This document shows positions 51,574 to 64,000 of a stretch of DNA of 64,000 nt, in pieces. The notes under the pieces are model-generated. The model searched no databases and was not told the DNA's origin. It was given only the letters and a program-made list of their open reading frames with translations. The first letter of the stretch is position 1, and each line of letters opens with the position of its first letter. Where the stretch lies: positions 3,348,001 through 3,412,000 of the forward strand of contig NC_043017.1 in NCBI RefSeq assembly GCF_006345805.1, read 5' to 3'. Source of the DNA: Octopus sinensis. Lineage: Eukaryota. The translations under genes and the position numbers were made by a program.

Positions 51574-52154
51574 ATGTGTATGTGTGTATGTATGTGCATA
51601 AGCACCTATGTCTTCATGTGTGTGCATGAGCATCTATGTCTTCACATATGTGTGTGTTTACAAATAAGTATGCTCATCCAAAGAGTGCATATTACTGACT
51701 CATCGTTACAAGATACTCCAGAATTACTCCGAAATGCTAGCAGAAAGACTTTACATCAAACATTATACCATGCTAATACTGTACCTTAATCTTCTTCAAG
51801 TTATTCTAAGCAACCAAGTTTTCCCTGGCAGCTATTAATAAACCTAGAAGTACATCAGCTGTTTTATATGGCACACGGCTACTGACTGACCTTCAACACA
51901 GCCATCTGCACAATAATGCAACCATAATGTCGTCAGGTTGTGTGCTTCACAACACGTTTCCTTATCCGTCTGTCGGTTGCTGTTGTTGGAATGCAGTCGG
52001 GCTGGACCTCTCTCATCTCTCGACTAACACAGACGCTCGGTGTTTATTTCAGTTTGGTGCTAAAAGATCTTGATTCGGTTGTTGCTGTTTCTTGGAAAAG
52101 TTGATTTCAACGATTGAGTAACAGCATTGCATTCGTTTGTGGAGTTACCCTGGA

Positions 52155-52190
<36 letters not shown>

Positions 52191-52472
52191 CACACACATA
52201 TATGTATTTATATGTATATATATACATATGTATATATATATATATACATATATATATGTATGTATGTATGTATGTATATATGTAATATATATATATATAT
52301 AATATATATATACATATATATGTATATGTATGTATAATGTATATATATATATGTATATATATATGTATATATATATATGTATATATTATATATATATATG
52401 TTATATATATATATATGTGTGTGGTGTGTGTGTGTGTGTATGCATAAATATATGTATATATGTGTGTGTGTA

Positions 52473-52518
<46 letters not shown>

Positions 52519-52544
52519 AGAGATCAAAAAGGGCTGTATTATAT

Positions 52545-52838
52545 TGTTGTTGTTTGTTTCATCTTGAGCCATGCCTGGTTCATAAGGGCTGATTTCCTGG
52601 TTTCATTGGCGTATAGGTTCCCCACCTGGATGGGACGCCGGTCCGTTGCAGGTGAGCAAAGAATGAGAGAAAGTTGTGGTGAAAGATTCAGCAGAAGTTC
52701 CTCATTACCCTCTGCTGGAGCCGCGTGGAGCTTAGGTATTTTCGCTCATAAACACACACATCGCCCGGTCTGAGATTCAAACCCGCAATCCCTCGACTGC
52801 GAGTCCACTGCTCTAACCACTAAGCCATGTGCCTCCAC
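52545..52838 (-). mobile_element. SINE family D, full length
   Basis: Matches 26700-27006. Confidence 0.88.
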
Positions 52839-53146
52839 TCTGTACTGTGTACCTATCGTAAATTATGGGTATACAAAAGATGCAACATAACTCACTCAGA
52901 CAGACTGACAGACAAATAGGAACTATATAGGTAAACAGAAGCACCTGGGTAGTTACCAGGAAGAACAGATATGAAATGCTATATTTTAAAGACACAGAAG
53001 CATCACCAGTCAGTAGTTGACAGTTTCTGTTACATATATTAGATAATTAGTAGCAGAGGATCCGAGTTGTGCAAGTATGATACCAGTTAGAGCTTGGGTA
53101 AGTTATAAAATAGATCAGCGTACATTTGTACTTTCCCTGAAAGTAA

Positions 53147-53372
53147 CCCTTTCGTTACCAACCCGCCCAAAACCGGCTCTGGCTCTGTTATACAAATGTC
53201 TTGTTTTCATTAGTTTTACATTAAAATTTACCACCAAACCTTAGTCACAATTTATGTTCCTAACACTAGCTTAATGATAACTAATTTTATTTTTCCAAAT
53301 TCTTTGTTATATTTAAAGTAATTGAAAGAAATTTTGAGCATCTCAAAATAAATACAGTAACGAAAGGGTTAA
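53147..53372 (+). mobile_element. Monomer of the TTAA MITE
   Basis: (GTAA)CCCTTTCGTTAC...GTAACGAAAGGG-TTAA. Confidence 0.9.
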
Positions 53373-53404
53373 TTATTCAATAATCACACACATGGTGGGG
53401 TCGT

Positions 53405-53651
53405 TTACTTGTTTCAGTCATTTGACTGTGGCCATACTGGGACACCACCTTGAAGGATTTTCAATCAAATGAATTGACCCCAGTATTTATTTATTTAATT
53501 TTTTTTTTAAGACTGCTACTTATTTTATCAATCTCTTTTGCTAAACTGCTAAGTTGCAGGGATATAAATACACCAACACCGCTTGTCAAGCACTGGTGGG
53601 GTCAAACACAGAGGCAACAACACACACACACACATATATAAATGTATATAA

Positions 53652-53682
<31 letters not shown>

Positions 53683-53975
53683 CAACATTTATATATGTAT
53701 ATATATATATATACACACAACATTTGTACTTTTGTATTTTTTATATATAATAAACACATATATATACATACATACATGCATACATACATACATACAGACA
53801 GACAAACATACATACATACATAGAATGGGCTTCTTTCAGTTTCCATCTACCAAACCCACTCACAAAGCTATTGTTGCCCTGAGGCTATAGCAGAAGGCAC
53901 TTGCCTAAAGTGCCACATAGTGGGACTGAACCTGAAACCATGTTGTTGGGAAGCAAGCTTCTTACCACCCAGCCA
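53405..53975 (-). mobile_element. SINE family A with expanded internal microsatellite
   Basis: Family A flanks around a TA/TG/ATAC tract of about 200 bp. Confidence 0.8.
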
Positions 53976-54085
53976 CAGTCTGCTTCAGAACCACATGATT
54001 ACGGTTTCAATTCCTACAGTATCAACATAATCAGCAAATGCTCTGTACTGTAGCTGAGAGAAATTGGGTAACAGAAAGTGAAGAA

Positions 54086-54465
54086 GGCGGCGAGCTGGCA
54101 GAAGCGTTAGCACACCGGGTGAAATGCTTAGTGGTATTTCGTCTGCTGTTACATTCTGAGTTCAAATTCCGCTGAGGTCGACTTTACCTTTCATCCTTTA
54201 GGGGTCGATAAATTAAGTACCAGTGAAACACTGGGGTTGATGTAATCGTCTTAATCCCTTTGTCTGTCCTTGTTTGTCCCCTCTGTGTTTAGCCCCTTGT
54301 GGGTAGTAAAGAAATAGGTATTTCGTCTGCCGTTACATTCTGAGTTCAAATTCCGCCGAGGTAGACTTTGTCTTTCATCCTTTCGGGGCTGATAAATTAA
54401 GTACCTTTGTCTGTCCTTGCTTGTCCCCTATATGTTTAGCCCCTTGTGGTCAATAAAGAAATAAA
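54086..54465 (+). mobile_element. SINE family B, two tandem units
   Basis: Second unit restarts at about 54317. Confidence 0.88.
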
Positions 54466-54484
54466 AAAGTGAAGAAGCCTACAG

Positions 54485-54539
<55 letters not shown>

Positions 54540-54542
54540 GAA

Positions 54543-54598
<56 letters not shown>

Positions 54599-55231
54599 GT
54601 GTGTGAGTGTGTGATTCATATTTTCTCCTTGTCTTTTGTGTGTTTGTTAACTGTAAACAAAACAACCTGACTACAGAAGACAGGTGGTATTTGGATGTTA
54701 TATGTTTGCAGCCAACCGTGAAAGCATTTCTTGGTTTCTTGACATGTCTTGACATGTTGCTGAGTCTTTTAACCATAAAAAAAAAAAGAAGAAACGTTTC
54801 TGGACCATGTCTCAGTTATTCGTTGCTCAAAAGACAAAAGACCATTATTACCTTGCTTGGAAACAGGTGAGGGTTGTTGGCAACAAGTAGGGCATTTTGG
54901 ATGGAGGGGGAAAAGAAAAATCTGCCTCGACAAATTCTGTCTGGCCCATGAAAGCATGGAAAATAGGACATTAAAATGATAATGACGATGATGATGATGA
55001 TGATGATGATTTAATATTCAGCAATCGTAATTGTATTAATATCCTTATCTCATTAGAGCCTACACTGTAGATTATTATGCTTACATAATGTAGTCAGAAG
55101 TCATTGAACTCGTGAATGTCTGTGGAATTTAGGTAATTCCACATCACTTGAAAAGAAATAGAGTAATATTTCGTTATTCACAGAACATTATTAAAACAAA
55201 GTAATGGTAATATATATATATATATATATAT

Positions 55232-55612
55232 ATAGGCACAGGAGTGGCTGTGTGGTAAGAAGCTTGCTTACCAACCACATGTTTCCGGGTTCAGTCCCAC
55301 TACGTGGCACCTTGGGCAAGTGTCTTCTACTATAGCCTCGGGCCGACCAAAGCCTTGAGAGTGGATTTGGTAGATGGAAACTGAAAGAAGCCCATCGTAT
55401 ATATGTATATATATATGTATGTATGTGTGTGTGTGTATATGTTTGTGTGTCTGTGTTTGGCCCCGCCCAACATTGCTTCACAACCGATGCTGGTGTGTTT
55501 ACGTCCCTGTAACTTAGCAGTTCGGCAAAAGAGACCGATAGAATAAGTACTAGGCTTACAAAGAATAAGTCCTGGGTCAATTTGCTCGACTAAAGGCGGT
55601 GTTAAAGCATGG
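55232..55612 (+). mobile_element. SINE family A, near full length
   Basis: Family A match. Confidence 0.9.
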
Positions 55613-55617
55613 AATAT

Positions 55618-55667
<50 letters not shown>

Positions 55668-55732
55668 CTTGCTTTTTGCTTTTTGAGCCAAAAAATTAAC
55701 TTAACTTAACTTAACTATATATACATATGAGA

Positions 55733-55937
55733 ATATGAGAGGGATGACCACTATGTGGAAAACCCTTATGCTAGAAGTAGATCTGCTATGGTCTTACCAC
55801 TAAGAAATGTTCTCAAGAAAAATTTAGCAAACACTAAAATTTGCTAATTTTTCTTGAGAACATTTCTTAGAAGTAAGACCATAGCGGATCTACTTCTAGC
55901 ATAAGGGTTGTCCACATAGTGGTCATCCCTCTCATAT
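55733..55937. mobile_element. 205-bp near-perfect palindromic MITE (Tc1/mariner-like termini)
   Basis: Arms of about 98 bp with roughly five differences and a short loop. Confidence 0.85.
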
Positions 55938-56456
55938 GTATATAATACAAATTACTGAACCTATGTACACACACACACACACACACACACGCATGTACAT
56001 AGAAATACATAGACACACAAACACAGACATACACACATACACAGAATTGCGCACACACCCACATACACACATGCATACAGAAATAGGTACACACAGAGAC
56101 AAACACACACATACACACACATACACACACACGTGCACACACACACACACACACACACGCACACACACACACAAGATAACAATTAAAATAGGTATGACAC
56201 TTTTTGATTAAATGCCACGTTCTTCAAGGAACCAAGCTTCGGGGAATGTGAAATTACGATAATAACGATTCTTTTGACATTTCACAAAGCTCGTTAAGAG
56301 AAGTCAATTCACCTGAACTGTCTCATTGATTCCAGGGGGGCAAATTTAAGAATGCAGTACTTAAGTTTGGGTCAAGGTGAAAGAAATAGAAAACAAAATA
56401 CCTGAGATGTAAGGATAATATCCATTATTGGGTACTGCTGACGCCATGGATGTAAC

Positions 56457-56755
56457 GTGGAGGCACATGGCCTAGTGGTTAGAGCAGCAGACTCGTGGTC
56501 AATGGATCACGGGTTCGAATCACCGACCAGGTGATGTGTGTGTTTATGAGCGAAACACCTAAGCTCCACGCGGCTCCAGCAGAAGATAATGGCGAACTTC
56601 TGCTGACTCTTTCGCCACAACTTTCACTCTTTCCTCCTGCATCTTGCAGCTCACCTGCGATGAACCAGCGTCCCATCCAGGTGGGGAACCTATACGCCAA
56701 GGAAACCGGGAAACCAGCCCTTATGAGCCAAGCATGGCTTGAGAAGGAGCAAACA
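56457..56755 (+). mobile_element. SINE family D, full length, 11-bp TSD
   Basis: TSD ATGGATGTAAC at 56446-56456 and 56756-56766. Confidence 0.92.
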
Positions 56756-56865
56756 ATGGATGTAACAGAATAAACAGTTAAGAGGTCATCTTATGTCACA
56801 TAGGACTCAGAAATGACGTTAAACATGAAAAATCGTTGACCGTAATGATAATATATAAAGTGTAA

Positions 56866-57186
56866 AGAACCCCTTTGGTTATGGATGACCATGGGATTGC
56901 ACCTAGAAAGGTTACCCTCTGAGGCACAAGTACAGGCTGGGGTGTTTATGGAAGACTAACAGTGCCAGTCTCCCTTCTCCATGCCACCAATGTTGTCCAA
57001 GGGAAAGACAAAGGTTGATACAGCCCGGCACCAGTGACATCACAACTCATTTCTACAGCTGAGGAAACAGGAGCAAGGTGAAATAAAGAATCTTGCTCAA
57101 GAACAACACACAGCCTGGTCTGTAAATCAAACTCAATACCTCATGGTTGTAAGCTCAATGCTCTAACCATTGAGCCATGTGCCTTA
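56866..57186 (-). mobile_element. SINE family F, full length
   Basis: tRNA-like head GGCACATGGCTCAATGGTTAGAGC at 57186; tail shared with the 13497 and 16195 copies. Confidence 0.8.
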
Positions 57187-57300
57187 TAATATAATCTTTT
57201 CCACTGTAGACTTATGCCAACCAGAAACTTGTGAGTGGGCTTGGTAGACAGAAACTAAAAGAAGCCCATTGTGTGTGTGTGTGTGTACACACACATACAT

Positions 57301-57338
<38 letters not shown>

Positions 57339-57569
57339 TAATCGATGTGCTAAATATCCATTATCAATTGGTTTCACACTAGGGATTTAACAGTGTGTTA
57401 GATAACAGCCTGATTATGTAACCCTACACTCTTCAGAAATGGATGTTATGGAATTCCATAAAATTGGCCGTAATTCATATATACTACTGTACATTTTGAT
57501 TAATATACCCAATCTATTGGCAAATATATGAGTGCATATTATTTCTGACCTATGGATTATGTCTTATGG

Positions 57570-57615
<46 letters not shown>

Positions 57616-57644
57616 TGTATGTATGTATGTATGTATGTATGATG

Positions 57645-57676
<32 letters not shown>

Positions 57677-57678
57677 TG

Positions 57679-57710
<32 letters not shown>

Positions 57711-57816
57711 TGTATGTATGTGTGTATATGTATATATATACACCCTTTACATGCAAACACATATGCATATTTATGAACAGTTAGTTCTCGATGTCTAATT
57801 ATGACTGGAAATCAGA

Positions 57817-57830
57817 GTTGCCATAGAAAC
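57817..57830. promoter_or_regulatory. RFX X-box-like motif
   Basis: GTTGCCATAGAAAC fits GTHNYY-AT-RRNAAC; TAGCAAC and AAGCAAC half-sites within 130 bp downstream. Confidence 0.3.
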
Positions 57831-58314
57831 AAGCAGTAAAGGAAATCAAACTTAAAAGCTTGATCGATGTTCTTTTACTGATAACAGTATGAAGCACTGA
57901 AGAAAAGAGAACGGTGCCAAGCAACGGATTTTGGGGTTTGCTGAATCTTAGCAACGTGAGTTGGCTGTTGGGTCTGTTGACAGGAAACAGTCATCTGCTT
58001 GAGTTTGGTTTTCAGGCAGTGTTGCACAGGAGTAATTTAATGGAAGTAATTAAATTAACAAAAAAAAAAATATTGGTATTTTTACCTGAAGATGTAATTA
58101 GATAAAGCAGAAACCTGGAAAGAGATAATTGCATTCATTCACACATGCACAAATGCACACACACACACACATATGCATATATATATATATATATATATGC
58201 ACATATATATATACAAACACACACATTTGGGTCAAGGTGAAAGAAATATAATATAATACATAAATACATGTATATACACACACACACACGTGCGCACACA
58301 CACGCACACACACA

Positions 58315-58360
<46 letters not shown>

Positions 58361-58361
58361 T

Positions 58362-58583
58362 TATGAGGGGGTGCTGAAAATTTCCTGGCTTTAAGGGTAT
58401 TATAAAAGGCCTGGTTGGAGGCCCAAACTTCCGAGTTCTTTTACAGGGCTCAGAAAAACGAAAAGACAGCTGCAATAAGTATGGGAATCTGAGAGGGGAA
58501 TATGTTCAATAAAACCATAATCAACTGATCCTCCTGTATTTTCCTTTTACCCAAAACCAGGAACTTTTCAACAGCTCCTCGTA
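58362..58583 (+). mobile_element. Mariner-derived MITE, TA-flanked
   Basis: TA-TGAGGGGGTGCTGAAAATTTCCTGG ... CCAGGAACTTTTCAACAGCTCCTCG-TA; interior retains a mariner C-terminus-like NLRGEYVQ*. Confidence 0.82.
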
Positions 58584-59519
58584 TGTTGTTGAGCTTGAGA
58601 CACTAAAACTTTGGCTTTAACCAATGAACGAGAAGTGGGAAAAACAAGCAAATAACTGAAGACCTTTGATTGTTTCTATTGACAAGACACTCCCAATTAG
58701 GGCTGACCTTGCACTTAAGTGAGAAATCAATATTTTTATCTTTCTATTAATTTCTATTTACCATACACTCATAAACGGAAGGGGTCGAACTGTAATGATA
58801 TTCTGATTTATAGATTTGTGTGTGTGTGTCTGTGTGTGTGTGTGTTTGTGTATGCATGTGCTTCAGTCTTTCTAATTAAGCATCTCTATTGCATTATCTC
58901 ATTTGTTCATTCGTTATTACTTCTCTTTTGTCATGCTAGCATGGGTTACATGATTATATTATTGAGGCGTTGTTTCACAGCTGGACGCCCTTCTTGTTGC
59001 TAAAGCCTTACCTGATTTTCAAGTAAAATGTATGTGTATATGTGTACAGCTATTTGTATATGTGTGTGTATGTGTATTTGCATATGTATATATGGGCAAA
59101 ACGGCCCCCATCCAATGGATGATGCTGAGTTGTCAAACATTTAAACCAAATTTTCTCAAAACAACTTGTGCGACCATCCCATAGGCCTCCCCTTTGAGAA
59201 AACACTCATTTAACCTAAATTTGAGTCACCAGCAAAAGAAGAAATAAAGATAGACTTGTTTTTCTATACCAAAGAAAAACGACTTTATTCACACAAATAT
59301 GCAACTGAAGAGTTTAAAGTCCCAATAATGATAAGGCTGTTGACTGGGAGAACACAAACATGGTTTAAACAGTAAGCTTGGCAGGAAAGAAACGTGCCTT
59401 TAATCAGTACAAAAACAACAAAAAATGGAAGGTGCAGTTATGTACAGGTTGACGGAAGAAAAGCAGGACAAAAACAGCTTTATCGATCGCATTCTCACCT
59501 GGAATTGATCTTTGTAATT

Positions 59520-59655
59520 TTTTCAAGACTTATACATGCCCTGATACCATCAGTATCTACATATCAAATTTGAGCACAATCGGATGGCAGATGCCCGAGA
59601 TCTGAGAAGATGCACACACAGACAGACAGACAGAATAGATTTTATATAAGAGATA
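59520..59655 (+). mobile_element. Helentron/DINE-like 3' end
   Basis: CAAATTTGAGCACAATCGGATG...(ACAG)n...TTTTATATAAGAGAT. Confidence 0.45.
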
Positions 59656-59689
59656 TGTAAATATATTGATGTGTGTGTGTGCGTACATC

Positions 59690-60020
59690 AGCCCATCATC
59701 ATTGTTTAACACATGTCCTCCATGCTGGCATGTGTTGGACGGTTTCATAGATGCTGGTCAGGCAGAAGACTGCACCAGACTTCTGTGTCTGTTTTGGCAA
59801 GGTTTTTATGGTTGGATGCCCTTCCTAACACCAACCACTCCACTGAGTAGACTAAGTGCTTTTTACATGGTACCAGCAGAGGTGAGGTTAATTTTTGGCA
59901 AGGTTTTTACAGCTGGATGCCCTTCCAAATGCCAACCACTTCACAGTGTGGACTGGGTGCTTTCTATGTGGCACCAACACTGGCAGGGTCTCCAAGTAAC
60001 TTGCAAGACAAGGAATCTTT
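59690..60020 (-). mobile_element. Family E repeat, internally duplicated
   Basis: GGCAAGGTTTTTA..G.TGGATGCCCTTCC occurs twice. Confidence 0.7.
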
Positions 60021-60424
60021 GAGAGGGGAGGGGAGACATTGGAGGAAGGGATCTTGTCTCAGAGAGATAAAGAGACAGAAACAGGTGTCTTGATGTAGAG
60101 GAAGTAAATGGTTACCCAATCGGAGAGAGGAGGGGTTTAACAAAAATGAGGTCAGAAACAGGTGTGCTGCTGTAAAGGGGATACACGGTTACCCAACCAA
60201 AGGGATGAGATGAGCAAGGGGAGAGAGAGGGGGAGAGGGTAGAGGGGGAGAGGGGAGAGGGGGAGAGAGAGAGGTCAGGATTGGGGAATGGGAGATAATC
60301 ACAGTGTATGAAGAGGAAATGTGAGAAGAGAAGAGATGCAGTTTAGGAGGAGAGATGCTGTTTGGTTTGTTGGTGTAGGATGTGTGAACATTTTATTGTG
60401 TGTCTATGTGTGTGTGTGTGTGTT

Positions 60425-60499
<75 letters not shown>

Positions 60500-60795
60500 T
60501 TACACACACACACACAGACATATACACATACACACACATATACCCTTAACTGCATTTAATGAGGATTGAATTTTCCTTTACGGTATAATATTGCACCCAG
60601 CAGTTAATATTAATTTTTCGTATGCACGTTAGCATTCCACTAAATTACTCAAAGATTTTCTCTATGGTAAATGCATATATGCTGACCGGCAGAATTACCT
60701 GACATCAGCCAATCAAGTGGCTCTCATTGATGAAGCATATGGAAATACACAAAACCAAATATCTTGTCTGAGAAATTCTCGATTCGGTCATGGGA

Positions 60796-61378
60796 AAGTA
60801 CCTGATGCACAAAAGAGATAGAGATGCAGGTAAAGCCATAAAGTGTGACAACCGATGCTGACTTTGTGGAGTTCACGCTGAAGATATCACCTGCATCATA
60901 AGCAGTTGTCCGAAAATGTCATCATGGTATTATCTACCGATGAGACATGACGTTGTAGCTAGGATACTCTATAATGAAATCCGTCGGAAGAGTAATCCTG
61001 AGGACAAATAAATAAGAACCCACAATATGGTAGAAACCATAGCCACTCATAATGAAAAGGAATACTTGTCGAATGTCCCAGTGGAAACCTCAATAAAATG
61101 TAAGCACAACAGACGTGATATAATGATTTGGAATAGAGAAGAGAAACTGTGCACAGTTGTAGACATTAGCTGCCCAATGGATGTTAACATAAAACTGAAG
61201 ATCAGTGAAAAAGACAAGATCTATGCTGAACTATTGAGAAATACACTGCCTAAATATTAATCTTGAGAAATTAGGCTTCTCGAAACCAGAAAGGAGAAAG
61301 CTAATTCGAAGGCTACAGATCCAATCCATCACTGGAACTGTAAAAATCTGTAAAACTTTCCAGAAGTTCATCAATTAA
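60796..61378 (+). pseudogene. R4/Dong-like non-LTR retrotransposon C-terminus: zinc knuckle plus restriction-like endonuclease
   Basis: C*LCGVHAEDITCIISSC..MRHDVVA...HNRRDIMIW...VVDISCPMD..EKDKIY; stops and an internal deletion; ends TVKICKTFQKFIN*. Confidence 0.85.
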
Positions 61379-62092
61379 ATATATACAAGCATGTGCAACT
61401 ATGCAACTATGCAACTATGTTTTATGTTTTATGTATGTATTCTCATGCATAGCATGAGAATACATACATAAAGCATACAAATCTGTACATACATACATAC
61501 ATACATACATGCATGCATGCATACATACACTTAGATTTCTTTACTTGCAAAGCAGGTAAGGCATCCACCTCTGAAACAATGCCTCGATAATATAATCATC
61601 TAACCCATGCTGGCATGACGAAATATATTTTACAAGGAATGAATAAACGAGATATAATCAAATACGGATGTTTATTTATAAAAACCTCAAGGACACGTAC
61701 ACACATGCTTGCACACAATCGCACACACACACACACACACACATGCACACACATACATACACATACATACATACATACATACATAAATACACACATTCAC
61801 ACAAATTAAAATTACTCAAATAAATTAAATGCAAATAAACAAATAAATGCATGTATTAAACACCAAGGCATCGACCTAGCATAAAAAAAAATTTTAAACA
61901 TTTCCCACACCCACAATTGCATGAAATAGAAACAGCTGCAGGCATACAGCCAATAAAATATCTAAAGAATGAAGACAAATAGCAGACCACCCCACCCCAC
62001 CACGACCACCAACACTGAAACATATTAGTTTTGCCTGAAGATCATGATGACATAAAACTCGAGTAATGACCATGGCTCAACTTCAGTCTTAA

Positions 62093-62528
62093 TTAACCCT
62101 TTTGGTACCATATTTATTTTGAGATGCTCTCTGTTTCTTTCAATTAATTTTAAATATAACAAAGAATTTAGTAAAATAACTTAGTTATCATTCAGCTAGT
62201 GTTAGGAACAGAAATTGTGACTAAGGTTTGGTGGAAGATTTTTAATTCAAAACTTATGAAAACAAGACATTTGTACTACAGAGGCAGAGTTGGTTTCAAC
62301 TGGGTTGGTATCCAAAGGGTTAAGAATTGTTTCTCTGTTATATATTTGAACCCTTTCATTACCGTATTTCTGTTGAGATGCTCTGTGTTTCTTTCAACTG
62401 CTTTAAATGTAACAAAGAATTTAGTAAAATAACTTACTTATCATTCAGCTAGTGTTAGGAACATAAATTGTGACTAAGGTTTGGTGGAAGATTTTAATTC
62501 AAAACTTATGAAAATAAGACATTTGTAC
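62093..62528 (-). mobile_element. Inverted dimer of the TTAA MITE, second unit truncated
   Basis: Unit 62097-62319; linker is the exact reverse complement of the 30081-30111 linker. Confidence 0.88.
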
Positions 62529-62589
62529 CCAGGACCAAGTGGTTGAGAAGCAAAATTTCCATAACCAGCGTTCACATGCATCTATCAAC

Positions 62590-63404
<815 letters not shown>

Positions 63405-63405
<1 letters not shown>

Positions 63406-63572
63406 ATACGACGGGCTTCATTCAGTTTCCGTCTACTAAATCCACTCACAAGGCTTTGGTCGGCCCGAGGCCATAGTAGAAGACACTTGCCCAAGGTGCC
63501 ATGCAGTGATAATGAACCCAGAACCATGTGGTTGGTAAGCAAGCTACTTACCACACAGCCACTCCTACGCCT
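63405..63572 (-). mobile_element. SINE family A, 5' part
   Basis: Family A match. Confidence 0.9.
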
Positions 63573-64000
63573 ATGATTAAAAAAATATATAATTTTCCAT
63601 TTGCCTTGTACTCATCTAAACAAAAACTGGAAACTTTATTTTAACGGGTTTTCCAATTTCATATTGATAATAATAAAGTCATAAATTCATTTTTATGCTG
63701 TGTAATGACTGATCGTGAGTAAATTATTAAGCAATTAAAAGGATGTGGACTTCTTTCCCATGTAAGAAAAAAAATCTCCAAAACTTTAAAAATCTTTTAA
63801 CAACACAGGAGCCATCTACGCCTTCAGAAATGCAACTCAGTAAAATTTCAATAAGAAACGTTAATTATTAATAATTTAATGAGGAAACAAAGTTGGTGAG
63901 GAACATCACAATTCATTAAACGTAGACAGACAGAGAGACGGAAAGACGGACAGACAGACAGACAGACAGATAGATAGATAGATAGATAGATAGCTAGATA

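Overview
AT-rich, repeat-saturated eukaryotic DNA. The tRNA-headed SINE families and very dense microsatellites look like an octopus or other coleoid cephalopod genome; this is inference from recalled repeat families, not a database match. I find no intact protein-coding gene, rRNA, genuine tRNA or CRISPR array. Almost all supplied ORFs are microsatellite or SINE read-throughs. What is supported: (i) about 30 copies of one SINE (family A here), tandem-prone family B, and a modular group (C/D) sharing a head and body but carrying several different tails; (ii) decayed transposase and LINE coding remnants (mariner, DD37D-like and rosa-like Tc1/mariner, a hAT-like N-terminus, RTE, CR1-like, R4/Dong-like); (iii) MITEs with readable TIRs or TSDs, including a TTAA piggyBac-type MITE that occurs as monomer, dimer and a 6-unit array with a conserved linker, and long foldback palindromes; (iv) two canonical-core and one degenerate minimal hammerhead ribozyme motifs of Penelope type; (v) a housekeeping-type promoter (ETS x2, CRE, YY1) near 5.2 kb with a probable non-coding first exon on the minus strand. 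The best leads are the hammerhead elements, the MITE-to-satellite system and the tail-swapping SINEs. Family letters are my own labels and many SINE boundaries are approximate.
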